A DNA stretch of 63,909 bases, filler included, from Hyphochytrium catenoides (Eukaryota > Protista > Hyphochytriomycota): the NCBI GenBank assembly GCA_900088475.1. It is 15 parts of 15 records of this genome, joined end to end, with 100 filler letters (N's around TTAATTAATTAA, not from the genome) between each part and the next. Parts side by side here need not be neighbours in the genome. Positions count along the whole stretch, not along the records: positions 20,925 to 29,714 come from FLMG01001463.1; positions 29,815 to 30,998 come from FLMG01004483.1; positions 31,099 to 33,539 come from FLMG01002398.1; positions 33,640 to 48,911 come from FLMG01000109.1; 11 more parts are not named here. The stretch is one strand, 5' to 3'. Both the position numbers and the translations under genes were made by a program. Shown here in pieces: positions 26,081 to 37,100 of the stretch. Within the stretch, counting starts at the first letter, position 1. Every line of letters starts with the position of its first letter. The notes beneath the pieces were generated by a model. The model was not told the DNA's origin. It did not search any database and saw only the letters and a list, made by a program, of their open reading frames with translations.

Positions 26081-26874
26081 ATGCCACCGTCATCTGGAAG
26101 GCGAATTTAGAACAATGATAATAGGCATTCTATTCATGAAGGCAGCTTAAGGCAGGCAAAGGAAGTGGAAGGAAGGTGAAAGAAGGTAAATGACAGGCGA
26201 CGGAGTTTGTAAATTGTTAGAAGAAGAGGACGAAGAGCTATAGTGAATATGTGCTCTTGAGGTTTTGAGAGGTTTAGGTCAATTTGATGCCATATTTGAC
26301 AAGGAGGACAGAACCCGGACTATTCCCTGGATTCAAAGGAAAGGAAGCGGAAGGCAGTGCGGAGGAGAAAACTGAAGGAAGCTGAAGGCAGGGCGGAGGA
26401 AACTGAAGGGAGCTGAAGGCAGGGTGAAGGACAACAAAATCTTAAGTGGTAGACTGTAAGCTCCCTAAATTAGTGAGTATTCGCTAGTTCTTGTTCTAGA
26501 TTTGGTGATTGACCAAAATGAGGGGGACTTTTTCTCGTTTGTCGTTGGCGGCAAAATGCAAAGGCTGAAGGAAACTTCACGGAGGTGCTTGGGGCCATTA
26601 TTAATTGACGGTCGGCAGGGTGGGGTCCGTCTCTCTTGGTTACAAAGGCAAATATCTCTAATTAATTCGGGGTTTGTCCTGGCGTCTGTTTGACAGAGTG
26701 ATCATTAGAGAGGCTCACCATCTCTTCTCCGGTAATAAGGCCTTCTTCCTAGTAGTCCTAAGAGCCTCTGATCGATACTTAGTCCATTAGTTTACGAATT
26801 GGGTGACATGTCAACTGTTGGAGTCTGGGGGCACAGCTATGTGGACTACAAGCTGGCAAGCTTAGAACTAACTA

Positions 26875-26955
26875 CCCAAGTTTCAGCTCCAAACTCCCAG
26901 TCGAAGCCGAGATATGAAGCAAACGAAATGTCCCTGTTTGTGTCTATGGCTTATG
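26875..26955 (+). repeat. Fragment of the same LTR-like family
   Basis: CCAAGTTTCAGCTCCAAACTCC…GAGATATGAAG…CTATGGCTTAT is colinear with 59774-59843 (CCAAGTTACAGTCCCAAACTCC…GAGATATGAAG…CTATGGCTTAT). Confidence 0.55.
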
Positions 26956-28153
26956 GTCGGTACCCCGGAATACCTTCAAGAGTGACTCTTCTAGACAGGG
27001 ATTTCTTTCTGACTGAATATCTTAGGGTTTGTTAGGAATAGGTGGCATAGTCAGAATAGCTCTAGATTGTGGGATCCCAGTTGGGTTTATAGGTAGAGCA
27101 CTCTCAATAATGACTTTGTCCGAAAATCATCCCATACAATCTAGCATCATCAATTCCATAGTCAGCTGCTGTGGCGAAATACAGAACGTTTGCTTGATGC
27201 GTATCGTGAGTCTTTACAGAGCTAGATGGCAATGTCTGAAGCTTCTGTATGAGTACAAGCTAGATCAAACGATAACAGAGGGCATGGGTAGTGGTGATGA
27301 TATGATGATGGTGAGATTTCTGTGAAGATGAGTCATGAGATAGTCTTATTGCGAGCCCGAAGGGCGAGCCTCAATTTCAACCCACAGGGGCTTCAGCACA
27401 AATGGACTTTTTCGTGTTTTGTGTGTTCGCTGAGTCGTAGGGCTCAGCGCCCTGTGGTTGGAACTTTGCGATCCTTGTTTTATTCCTTCACGTGTGCAAT
27501 GTTTCCCTGATTCCTTTCGCTTGTCACTTGCAGTCATGGAATGGATTGGCCACGTGGGCCGAAGCGATTGAAGCAAAGAACCAGACAGAGTTTCCAAAGA
27601 GGAAAAAAACAACGCAAAAAGGACGAAAAGGCGACTGAAAACAATGCCAAAAGTATGTGTGTATGTGCACCCAATTTTCCCACAAGAATAGGCAAGAATA
27701 GGCGGGAGAATGTCAAATGCGCCGAAACTTTGTTGCCACCACGTTCATTTGTTGCTGTTTTTTTTTCCGCCTTTAGAAAATGTTGTCGCTGTGTTATCAT
27801 TATGATTGTTAGAGTTTTGGTGGTGTTGTGCCGGTTCTGATTGACCAGTGTTAGTTGTTTCCTGCTCTTACCATTGTGCACCGACGAATGTAGAACAATA
27901 AACAAAAGAAGCCACTAGCAACCCAGAAATGAGCGCAGTAGTAGGATGAGGCAATTGGAAACCGAAAAAGCTCTGTGAGCTGTAAGGAAGTTGGAAATAA
28001 AGCTGCAGATAGAAATGCAGGTATACCTTATTATAGGCTAAGAAGACAAAGGAATCGACAACGCGCGATATAGCACCAGTAAATAGAGTGACGATCATAG
28101 GTAGGCACTAAGGAGCTTGGACGAGTCTGACTAGAAAGAAGAGAGACGGACAG

Positions 28154-28810
28154 ATGCAAAATCTCCGAAACCACTGTGAAAGAAGAGAGCGGAACCGGCA
28201 AAGAATGCGACGCCTTCGAGCCGCCAATACTACTTTTAGAGAACGGGAGCGAGAACGTAACAGAGAAAGAATTCGGCGTAGACGAGCTGCTGCTAGAGAG
28301 CAGGAGCGGGAACGTAACCGAGAGAGAATGCGGCGTAGACGAGCTGATGAGAGATTACGGGAAGAAGAACGAAGGCGGAACCGAGAGAGAGCGCAAGTTC
28401 GACGAGCTGATGAAGTTCTTCGCGAAGAGGAGAGAGTGCTTGACTGCCAAAGAGAGAGAACCTGCTCGTCAGGATCTGAAGCTGATGAACAACAAGACGA
28501 GACTTACTGGGAAATAAGAGAACATCGCTCCCGATCGAGTTCGACTGCACTGAATGGCTTCGCTCGCCACTTGAGTGATGATGATATTGCTGATCATAAC
28601 CTGCTTGAAAGAAGTGACGCTGATGAAGAAGCAATTTTTTTCACTCCTTCTACCGAGCACCAGCAACGTATCATGAGTAATGCCGCAGAAAGAATGGACC
28701 TTGGCGCAATCTTACGAGATGTGTGTGCAGTGTGCGACACTCTTTGTCTAAGAGGTACTTCAGCAGAATGTCAACCATACGACTGGGATGAGGAGCTGTT
28801 GCGGGTATAG
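28154..28810 (+). mobile_element. Truncated Helitron-like RepHel N-terminal ORF (R/E-rich repeats followed by CxxC)
   Basis: Intronless 218-aa ORF with repeated ERERNRERMRRRR units and then RDVCAVCDTLC. This layout is typical of the region upstream of DUF6570/Rep in Helitron-like proteins. No Rep or helicase motifs are present. Confidence 0.5.
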
Positions 28811-30873
28811 TAGCATCTTATATATTTTTTTATTTTCATGCAGGCTTGTGAAGACCAGATGTACTCGGTGTTTTTTGCAGGTGCAAATCCTTCTATGATA
28901 TCTATAGCCACTTCGCGCTCATAGAGACATTCACGATAGCGCCCCAGTGCTTTGCAGAAGGCAGAGACGGATGTCAAGCTCGCTCCTCCGTGGTGGACGA
29001 GGAGGCAAACGAGCGTGCTCATTTCGAGTTTTCGCAGGCTGTCCATATCACCCGCCCGCAATAGCAAGTACTCGGCTTCCCCTAATCGAGTCGTGCTGAA
29101 AGTTGCAGTGGCGGCGCTGGGTTGTAGAAGAGCAGCGTGGTTTAGAGCTTGTTTGGTGAATGAAGTCGTAGAAGAGTGTAAAACCGGTGCTCCTTGCGAC
29201 ACTTTCTATCTTTTGTTAGCCTAGCCTATCTTCTTCGGGACATATTAGCCTCAGTTTCTTTGTTTTTTGCCTTCTTTCCTCGCAGTCTAGAGACACTGCT
29301 TGTGGTTGGCAAGGTGGACGATGTCGCTGAGGCCTTTGCCAACGTCCAACAGCGTAGGGCAGCACAGGGCCTTGCTTTTCTTTGGCCTGTTTCTGTTGCT
29401 CTGGCGCTGCTCCTCTTCTGATCTTTCTATATGGTTTCATTACTTCGTTGTTGGTGGCCCTAGCTCTTCAATCATCACTCTGTCGGAGCACCTGATGCGT
29501 CTGAGAGCTTTCAAAAATTCCGAACCTGTTTGCCTCTATTTGGCTGGTATTATGATAGCTAGTTTGCAGCCCCCTCCTTACGCCGCTGCTACAGAATTCC
29601 TCTCCACACCGCCTTGCTTATGCCTCTTCTTTTGTCCCGCTCCGGTTGAACATCACAGTGTTGAGAGCAGAAGCTGACAAGAGCTCTAAAAGGCTCACAG
29701 TTCCAGACTCCATCNNNNNNNNNNNNNNNNNNNNNNNNNNNNNNNNNNNNNNNNNNNNTTAATTAATTAANNNNNNNNNNNNNNNNNNNNNNNNNNNNNN
29801 NNNNNNNNNNNNNNCTCTCTAGGAACCCCTAATAATTCTGTCAACGCGGCGGTGGACGCTTCAAAATATCTGCCTATTTGGTGCTTGGTGTGTGGCCAGC
29901 TGAGAAACAAGTGCACCATGCCGCTCCTGTCTCTTTTGCTATGGTTTTTAAAAATATTCCATTGAATCAGGGGACCCGTCATTCTACCAAGAGCAAGAAG
30001 ATACACGCCTGGTAGATCTAATAATAGTTTTTCTTCTCTCTGTCCTCCCCTCTTTCGCCCTACCTCTCTCTCTCGCGTATTTGTATTTTTTGTAAGAGTA
30101 AGAGGGTCAGAACACTGCGCAATCGTCGACATTGCTGTCCTTCAATTCTCAGCCTGTAATAATTACAGGTATCATGCCTACACTCCTCTATAAGTAGGTG
30201 ACTACCAATACCCTCTTCATATTACTATGCCGCCTTTTTCTCATTCTCTCATGTTTTACTTGATTGCGGGTCGTAGTTCTACCGTCGTGGAATTTGCTTA
30301 ATTGCTCTTTGACATTAAAAATTTTACTATAATTGCTCTTTCGGCTTTCGACGGCTCTCTGAATCTCTTTCTTTCGCTTTCCCTGACACTCTTTGGCTCT
30401 CAAAAGATCCTCCTCTGTAGTCCTAGCATCACTTCTCTTTGGTCTCTCGCCTCTCCTACGCCTTGGACTCGTTTTTCCCTCCTCTCTTCCCGCTATCCCG
30501 TCTCTCTCAAACGATGTGCCGCCAATCAGCCTTCTTTTTTCTCTCTCTCTCTTCCCCTCCTCTCTCCTTTCTTTCTTTCTCTCTCTCTTTTTCTCTCTCT
30601 CTCTCCCTCTTTTTCTCTCTCTCCTCTCTCTCTCTCGCCTTCTCTCTCTGTCCGTCTCTCTCTGTCACTGTGGGTCTCTCTCCCTGTCTCTCTCTCCTCC
30701 GCCCTCTCTTTCCTGTCTTCTCTCTCCCTTCCTGTCGCGCTCTGCTGACCCATAATTCTTCTATTTCTCCCTCCTCAATTCGCACCTTCTTCGCTTATAT
30801 GTAGTTTCTCGTTGGAGTGTCATTCGATATTATACTCCTGGTAGCTGAAGCTCCGTCTTCATCTACACCTCTT

Positions 30874-30936
30874 CACCTACAGTAGTTATCAGTGAGCGAC
30901 CAACACCTACAGTAGTTATCAGTGAGCGACCAACAC
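30874..30936. repeat. Perfect 30-bp tandem duplication (CACCTACAGTAGTTATCAGTGAGCGACCAA x2)
   Basis: Directly visible: 30874-30903 is identical to 30904-30933. Confidence 0.9.
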
Positions 30937-31119
30937 TCTGTTGAGGATCAAACTTTTCTCTCACGTTCTTTCATCTGACTCTTTGTGGTTGTTCTTTTNN
31001 NNNNNNNNNNNNNNNNNNNNNNNNNNNNNNNNNNNNNNNNNNTTAATTAATTAANNNNNNNNNNNNNNNNNNNNNNNNNNNNNNNNNNNNNNNNNNNNAG
31101 AGAGAGACAGACAGAGAGA

Positions 31120-31151
<32 letters not shown>

Positions 31152-31533
31152 AAGAGAGAGAAAGAGAGAGAAAGAGAGAGAAAGAGAAATGGGAGAGCGA
31201 GGGAGAAGGGAAGGGTGATGTGGGGAGAAAGAGGGGAACAGGCGAGAAGATGTGAGCTAGTGAGGGCAAGGAAGTAGCAGAAAATCTCCCTGCTAAGTAA
31301 GTCTATCTTCTTTCCTGCACATATTCTCTCTCTCCGTGTCTCTCCATCATTCTGAGAAATTTACCTTGTTCCCGTCCAATATTTCTTCTTTCAACTAACT
31401 TCAGCAGAAGCTTCTTTGTCGTCTCTCTCTCTAACCCTCACTTTGTCTCTTTTCTCTCTCTCCCTTTCTCTCTCTCCCTGTTTCCGTCTCTCTCTCTCCC
31501 GATTTCCTATTCCTCTTGCTCTTCTGGCCTTAC

Positions 31534-31622
31534 CCATGTCGCTTTCATCATCGAAGAGTGCAGCTCTATCTTTCTGGTTATCAATCACTTGCAAGAACTC
31601 AGCAAAGTCTACGAAAAAGAGA

Positions 31623-31656
<34 letters not shown>

Positions 31657-32537
31657 TGAGAGAAAAAAAGTATGAGAGAGAGAAACTGAGAGAGGAAGGA
31701 GCGAGAGTGAGGTGAAAAAGCAGAGCGACAGAGGGCAGAGAGAGAGAGAGAGAGAGGACTCAGGAGTGCGAAAACTGGCTGCCTGAAGAGAGGACTGGAG
31801 AAGAGACCGGAAGTTCAGATAAGAGAGAGAAAGAGTGAGAGAGAGAGACACAGTGTGGAAAAGAGAGAAGAGAGAAAGAGAAGAGGAAGAGACTCTTGTT
31901 TTGTGGGAGAGAAGAGAGACAGGATAGAAGGAGAGAGCCCCTGTCAGATAGATAAAGGGACAAAAAGGNNNNNNNNNNNNNNNNNNNNNNNNNNNNNNNN
32001 NNNNNNNNNNNNNNNNNNNNNNNNNNNNNNNNNNNNNNNNNNNNNNNNNNNNNNNNNNNNNNNNAGAGAGTGAGAGAGAGAGAGAGAGAAAACGACAGAG
32101 AGAAAAGAGTGAGGAATGAAGCAGGAGATAGAAGGTAAAAAGGCCAAGCCTGATGTGCTTTGGAGATAGGAAAAGAGACAGAATCCTTAGAGGGAGAGGA
32201 GAGAAAGCGAGAGACAGAGGGAGGAGAGAGAGAGAGAAAGAGACGAGAGAGAGAGAGAAGTGAAGAGACTCGTCCCTCAGCTCCTTATATTCCTCTCCTG
32301 CCTAACCCTAGTCCTAACCCAAGAGAGAGGGAGCATGTATACCGCTGCGTACGGCTCCGCACGCCCAAACCTGCTCTCTCTCTCCTCTTCTCTTCTTTCT
32401 CTCTTACGATTCCCTTTCTTCTTATTACCTTCGAGCACTTGTCTTAGTTCCCAGACGTCAATGGTCCCGCTTCTGTCCTTGTCAAACGTGTTGAACGCAT
32501 CGCGGCAAGCGTCGATCTCCTCTTGAGACAGAACCAT
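31534..32537 (-). CDS. Calmodulin-like EF-hand protein, most similar to outer-arm dynein light chain LC4 (18 kDa); partial
   Basis: Exon 32537-32429: MVLSQEEIDACRDAFNTFDKDRSGTIDVWELRQVLE (canonical EF-hand DKDRSGTIDVWE). Exon 31608-31534: DFAEFLQVIDNQKDRAALFDDESDM, resembling the LC4 linker. Confidence 0.75.
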
Positions 32538-32973
32538 CGTGCCCAAGTCAATGACCGTGCGAAAGAGAGAGACAGAAAGAGAGAGAGAGAGAGAAAGCGA
32601 AGCGGAGATGCTTCTTGTTCTTGGGAGAAGGAAGAGAAGAACGAAGGGAGAGATTGAGCTATGGCGAAGAAGTTCTCTCTTCTGCTGATGATCTTTTGCT
32701 GTGCAGCTCTTCGATCTTCATCCGGAGAGAGACCGACATGCAGAGACTGTGGTTGAAGAAGAGATTATGGGTTAAACGAAAGAAAGAGAGAGAGACTAAC
32801 AGCGCAGCCAAGAGGAAGAACCCAAGGCAGAGATCAGAGGGGAGTAGAGAGAGCTGGAAGTGTGAGGGAGAATGGTGTAAGAGAAGAGTGCTCACTCAGA
32901 GGCTTACCAGAGGAGGAAAGTCTAGGGACAGCGCAGGAAGAGGAAGACGGAGGACAGACGTAGCGATTGTTGT

Positions 32974-33019
<46 letters not shown>

Positions 33020-33020
<1 letters not shown>

Positions 33021-33260
33021 CATGGAGAGGAGAGAGAGAGAGACATTGAGAGGAGAGAGAGAGAGACATTGAGAGAGAGAGAGTGAGACATCGAGAGAAA
33101 AAGAGAGAGAGAGAGAGCCATTGAGAGGAGAGAGAGAGAGACATTGAGAGAGAGAGAGACATTGAGAGAGAGAGAGAGCCATTGAGAGGAGAGAGAGAGA
33201 GACATTGAGAGAGAGAGAGACATTGAGAGAGAGAGAGAGACACATTGAGAGAAAAAGAGA
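33020..33260. repeat. Compound (AG)n minisatellite punctuated by CATTGAGAG units
   Basis: About 10 recurrences of (GAC/GCC)ATTGAGAG inside an AG tract. Confidence 0.8.
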
Positions 33261-34142
33261 GAGAGGGAGAGAGAAGGCCAAGGCGACTGTGCGACTTTGG
33301 CCCTGACCTTTCGTGAGCGGGGCCACCTCCCTTCTACACCTGTTGAAACGCCCTTGCAAACGCAATAAATCGGACTTCAGGCTGAATTCTAGTCTTCTAT
33401 CACCGCATCTTTGCCAATAGACTCCGTGTTCTGCTCATCGCTCCAATTGCAATTTAGAACGCCTGATAATTGGTTTATACCGGCTTTTTACCGGATTACT
33501 TGTCAACTCTTTCTCCTCTCTCTCTCTCTCTCTCTCTCTNNNNNNNNNNNNNNNNNNNNNNNNNNNNNNNNNNNNNNNNNNNNTTAATTAATTAANNNNN
33601 NNNNNNNNNNNNNNNNNNNNNNNNNNNNNNNNNNNNNNNTCTCTCTCTCTCTCTCTCTCTCTTCTCTTTCTCTCTCCTCTCTCTCTCCCTCTCACTCGCT
33701 TTCTCCCTCCCTACACTCTCTCTGTCTGTCTCTCTTTTTCTGTCTGTCTCTCTTTCTCCGTCCGTCTCTCTTTCTCTGTCGGTCTCTCTTTTTCTGTCTG
33801 TCTCTCCTCCCTTAATCCCCTTCTCTCTCTCCCTCTGTTGTCTTTCTCTCTCTGGGTCTCTTTTCCCCCAAGCCCCCGCTTCTCTCTCTCCCCCTCTTCT
33901 CTTTCTCTCTCTCTCTGCGTCTGTGTTCCCCCATCGCCGCTTCCGTCTCTCTCCCTCTGTTTTCCTTCCTCCTCTCTGAGTCTCTCCTCCCCCACACCTC
34001 CGCTTCCCTCTCTCCCCTCACTTCTCTTCTCTTTCTCTCTCCTGTCTCTCACTGTGACTGTCTCTATCCCGATGGAATTTTACCTAAGAGTCCACCTTCT
34101 TTTGTCAATCCCTTGTCTTCATGTTGTCTGTCCCCTTCCTAG

Positions 34143-37100
34143 AAATGACGAATTAACAGCTCATCTTGCCTATTTCTCCTCCTCCATCGGTGACTCTTCC
34201 CTTTATACTTGCCCTCGTCTCTCTTTTTCTTCTTTTTCTCCGTATCCTGCTCTAGGTCTGGTTGACTTTATCACCAGTGTCCCTTTCTTTCTCTACCTTG
34301 TTGTGTGTCTTGTTCATGAGACACCTCTTCTGTCTCTCCTCCTGCCCCTGAGGGTGATGAAGGCTGTCAGTGTGCTGAGAATCTTACGAGTCTATAGGAA
34401 CTTCATGAGACAGAGAGAGGAGACAGTTGAACATGTAAGAAGGTTGGGACGGGAGAACGTAGAGAGGCGGTCACGATGGGAGGAAGGAGGAAAGAAAGAA
34501 GGACTCCTTCTTCATATCGTCCCTTTTCCGTCCCTTCTTCGTTCGATAAGACACTCTTTCAGGGGCTTCCTTAACTTTCCTTGGCTATCTTTCCAATCAC
34601 TCTTTCTATCGTCTGTCGTTTTCTCTGCTTGTTCTCTTTCCTCTCTCTCTCTCTCTCGCTCTCTCTCGCTCGCTCCTCACTTCAGTTTCTTAGGCTAATG
34701 TCCTTGTTTGGTCTCACAATCCCGCGCTGGCTCCCTGCTGTCCTGCCATAATCTCCTCTTTGGCCATGTCTTCTCTCTTCTTTCCCTTTCCTGATGCACA
34801 CCTCCTACATCTCTCTAGTATCAAATTCCCCTTATGGCCGCGTCTCTTCTTTCCCTTGTCTTCTGCGCCACTGGCATCTTTCAAGCAGTGGAGACGGAAT
34901 GGTACTTACGAGAAAGAGGCGAGGCTCTCTCTTTCCATGAAGCGCTCTATTTCATGATTGTAACGTTAGGAACAGTGGGTTATGGGGACATCTCTCCACA
35001 TACCCTCTGGGGGAAGATGCTGACTATCACTCTTGTCCTTGGCATTATCATAATTCTGCCCCATCAGATTGCGCAGCTGGTAGATGACAGACCACCTACT
35101 TGGTCTCTTTCTCTCTCTCCCTATTTACCGCTCTTCTCTCTCTCTCTCTCTCTCTTTTTTCTCTCTCTCTCTCTTTTTTTTTCTCTCTCTCTCTCTCTCT
35201 CTCCCCCTTCCTCTCTCTCTCTCTCTCTCTTCGGTTGCTGCCTCTTCCTCTCTTAGCTCACATCTCTACTCTTTTTGCCTCTGACACCTCTCTGCACTAA
35301 CACCTGGTATCTTTTCCTTCCCTCCTGATAACAACGCTATTCTACCGTGGGCGAACCTTCTGAGGCTTCAAGGGCTATCTTCCGTTCTTTCTACCTTGTT
35401 CAAACCTTTCTGCCGCCTTCCAAGAACCAGCCTTCATATCCTTACCTCCCCTCTCTCTCTCATAGGTAAGCATGACAAGCAAGCACCATTCTTATGAGAA
35501 GCGCTACGTTGTGCGGAAGAACCAGCGCGCCTATGATGGCCACGTCGTCCTGTCTGGTTGCATCACTGCTGACTCGCTTAACTCTTTCTTGCACGAGTTT
35601 ACCTCTTCCCTTCGGTAAGGATGTGGAGGAAGAGAGGAGTCCTGTTTTGGCCGTGCTTCTACTTTTGCTCCGGTCTTTTGTCTCACATGTACTAACTCAG
35701 TCGTCTCTATGGGTGTAGCTGATTGTTGTCCCTTCACCTCAAACCTTCCACCCTCATCGCCATATAACTCTCTTTCTGTCTTTCTTTCCGTCTCTCTCTT
35801 GCCCTCGCGTACCACCCTTTCTCCCTCTCTCTCTGCCCTTCCTTCTCCCACGTAAATCGTCTCTTGATCTTGTGTCGCACTTTGTCTATCTGCACCACCG
35901 TCTCTGTCCTTCTCCTTTCACTCTTTGTTCTCTCCTCTTACTTCGCTGGCCTCCCTCTCTCCCTTCCTCTTCCTCTCAGTTCGCTTACCTCCTGTCTCAA
36001 CTTGTCCTCTCTCGTTTTTCCTACTCTCTGTTTCACCTTCTCTCTCTCCTCCTCATTTCTGTGGGTGTGTTCCTTACTTCATGTCTCTCTCTGCGAAGGG
36101 GACTCAATCGGCTGCACGTGGTCGTGATGGGGGTGCATCCTCCCTCTGCCGCGCTGAAGCGAGTTCTTCGGAAACCCAAATATCACAATCGCTGCACGTA
36201 CATCAGAGGCTCACTCATCCATGAGGAGGATATAGACAGGTGAGAGCTTCCCTTATCTCTCTCTCCCTAGCGGTCCCGTTCGTTTGTGTTGGGGTATCAG
36301 CTCTGGTTCCGCCTTCAGTGCTCTTTCCCCTATAATCTCTATGTCTCTCTCCTGTGCGGTGCGCTCACACATCAGACGGTAGGTGCCAGCTCAAGGAGGC
36401 TCAAGCAGCCTTCATACTCGCCAATACTCACAGGTAAGTATGCTACGGTTGACAATCATAGTAGCAGAGAAAGAACCCTTGCTCTTCGTGTCAGATCAAC
36501 TTTCCGTTTTTATACTAAGACAAACGCTCTCCTCGTAGCTCAAACCCGGAGAGAGAAGACGCGGCAACCATCATGCGGGCATTAGCAGTGAGAAACTTCT
36601 TGGAGTGTCTTGGCCTCACCGTCCCTCTCTACGTCCAGTTGCTCCAGGCTGAGAGCAAGCCGAGTGTCTTCAACATTATAGGAGTTGATAGAGCTGTCTT
36701 CACCTCCAAATTGAAGTACAGGTGCGAGAGAAATAAGGGCGAACGGCAACGTCATCGCCAAAGAGTGAAGAAGAGGGAAAGAGAGAGACCCATAGCGAGG
36801 CACCAAAGCAAAGCAGAGCGGGTTAAGGAATATGTTCTGTGCTACCTGTTGACTGCTGGAATTCCAACCTCTTCTCTGTCTCCTCATTCAAGCGTTTCCT
36901 CTCAGTCTTAATCCTCTACACTGTCTTATACTTTCCTCTTCCTTAGCATGCTGGCCCTTAGCACCAAATGCCCTGGAGCGTGTGCGCTTATCACGAACCT
37001 GATACGCTCCTATGATACTAAGAACAAAACCAAGAAGAAGAGACAAGAGAGGCACTCTTGGGGTCTCTCTTCTCTTTTCCCGTCTTTTCTGCCCTTCACA

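Noticed and set aside
25973-26430. Short direct repeats as a possible CRISPR array
   Set aside because: The units are head-to-tail with no unique spacers, there are no cas genes, and the context is eukaryotic.
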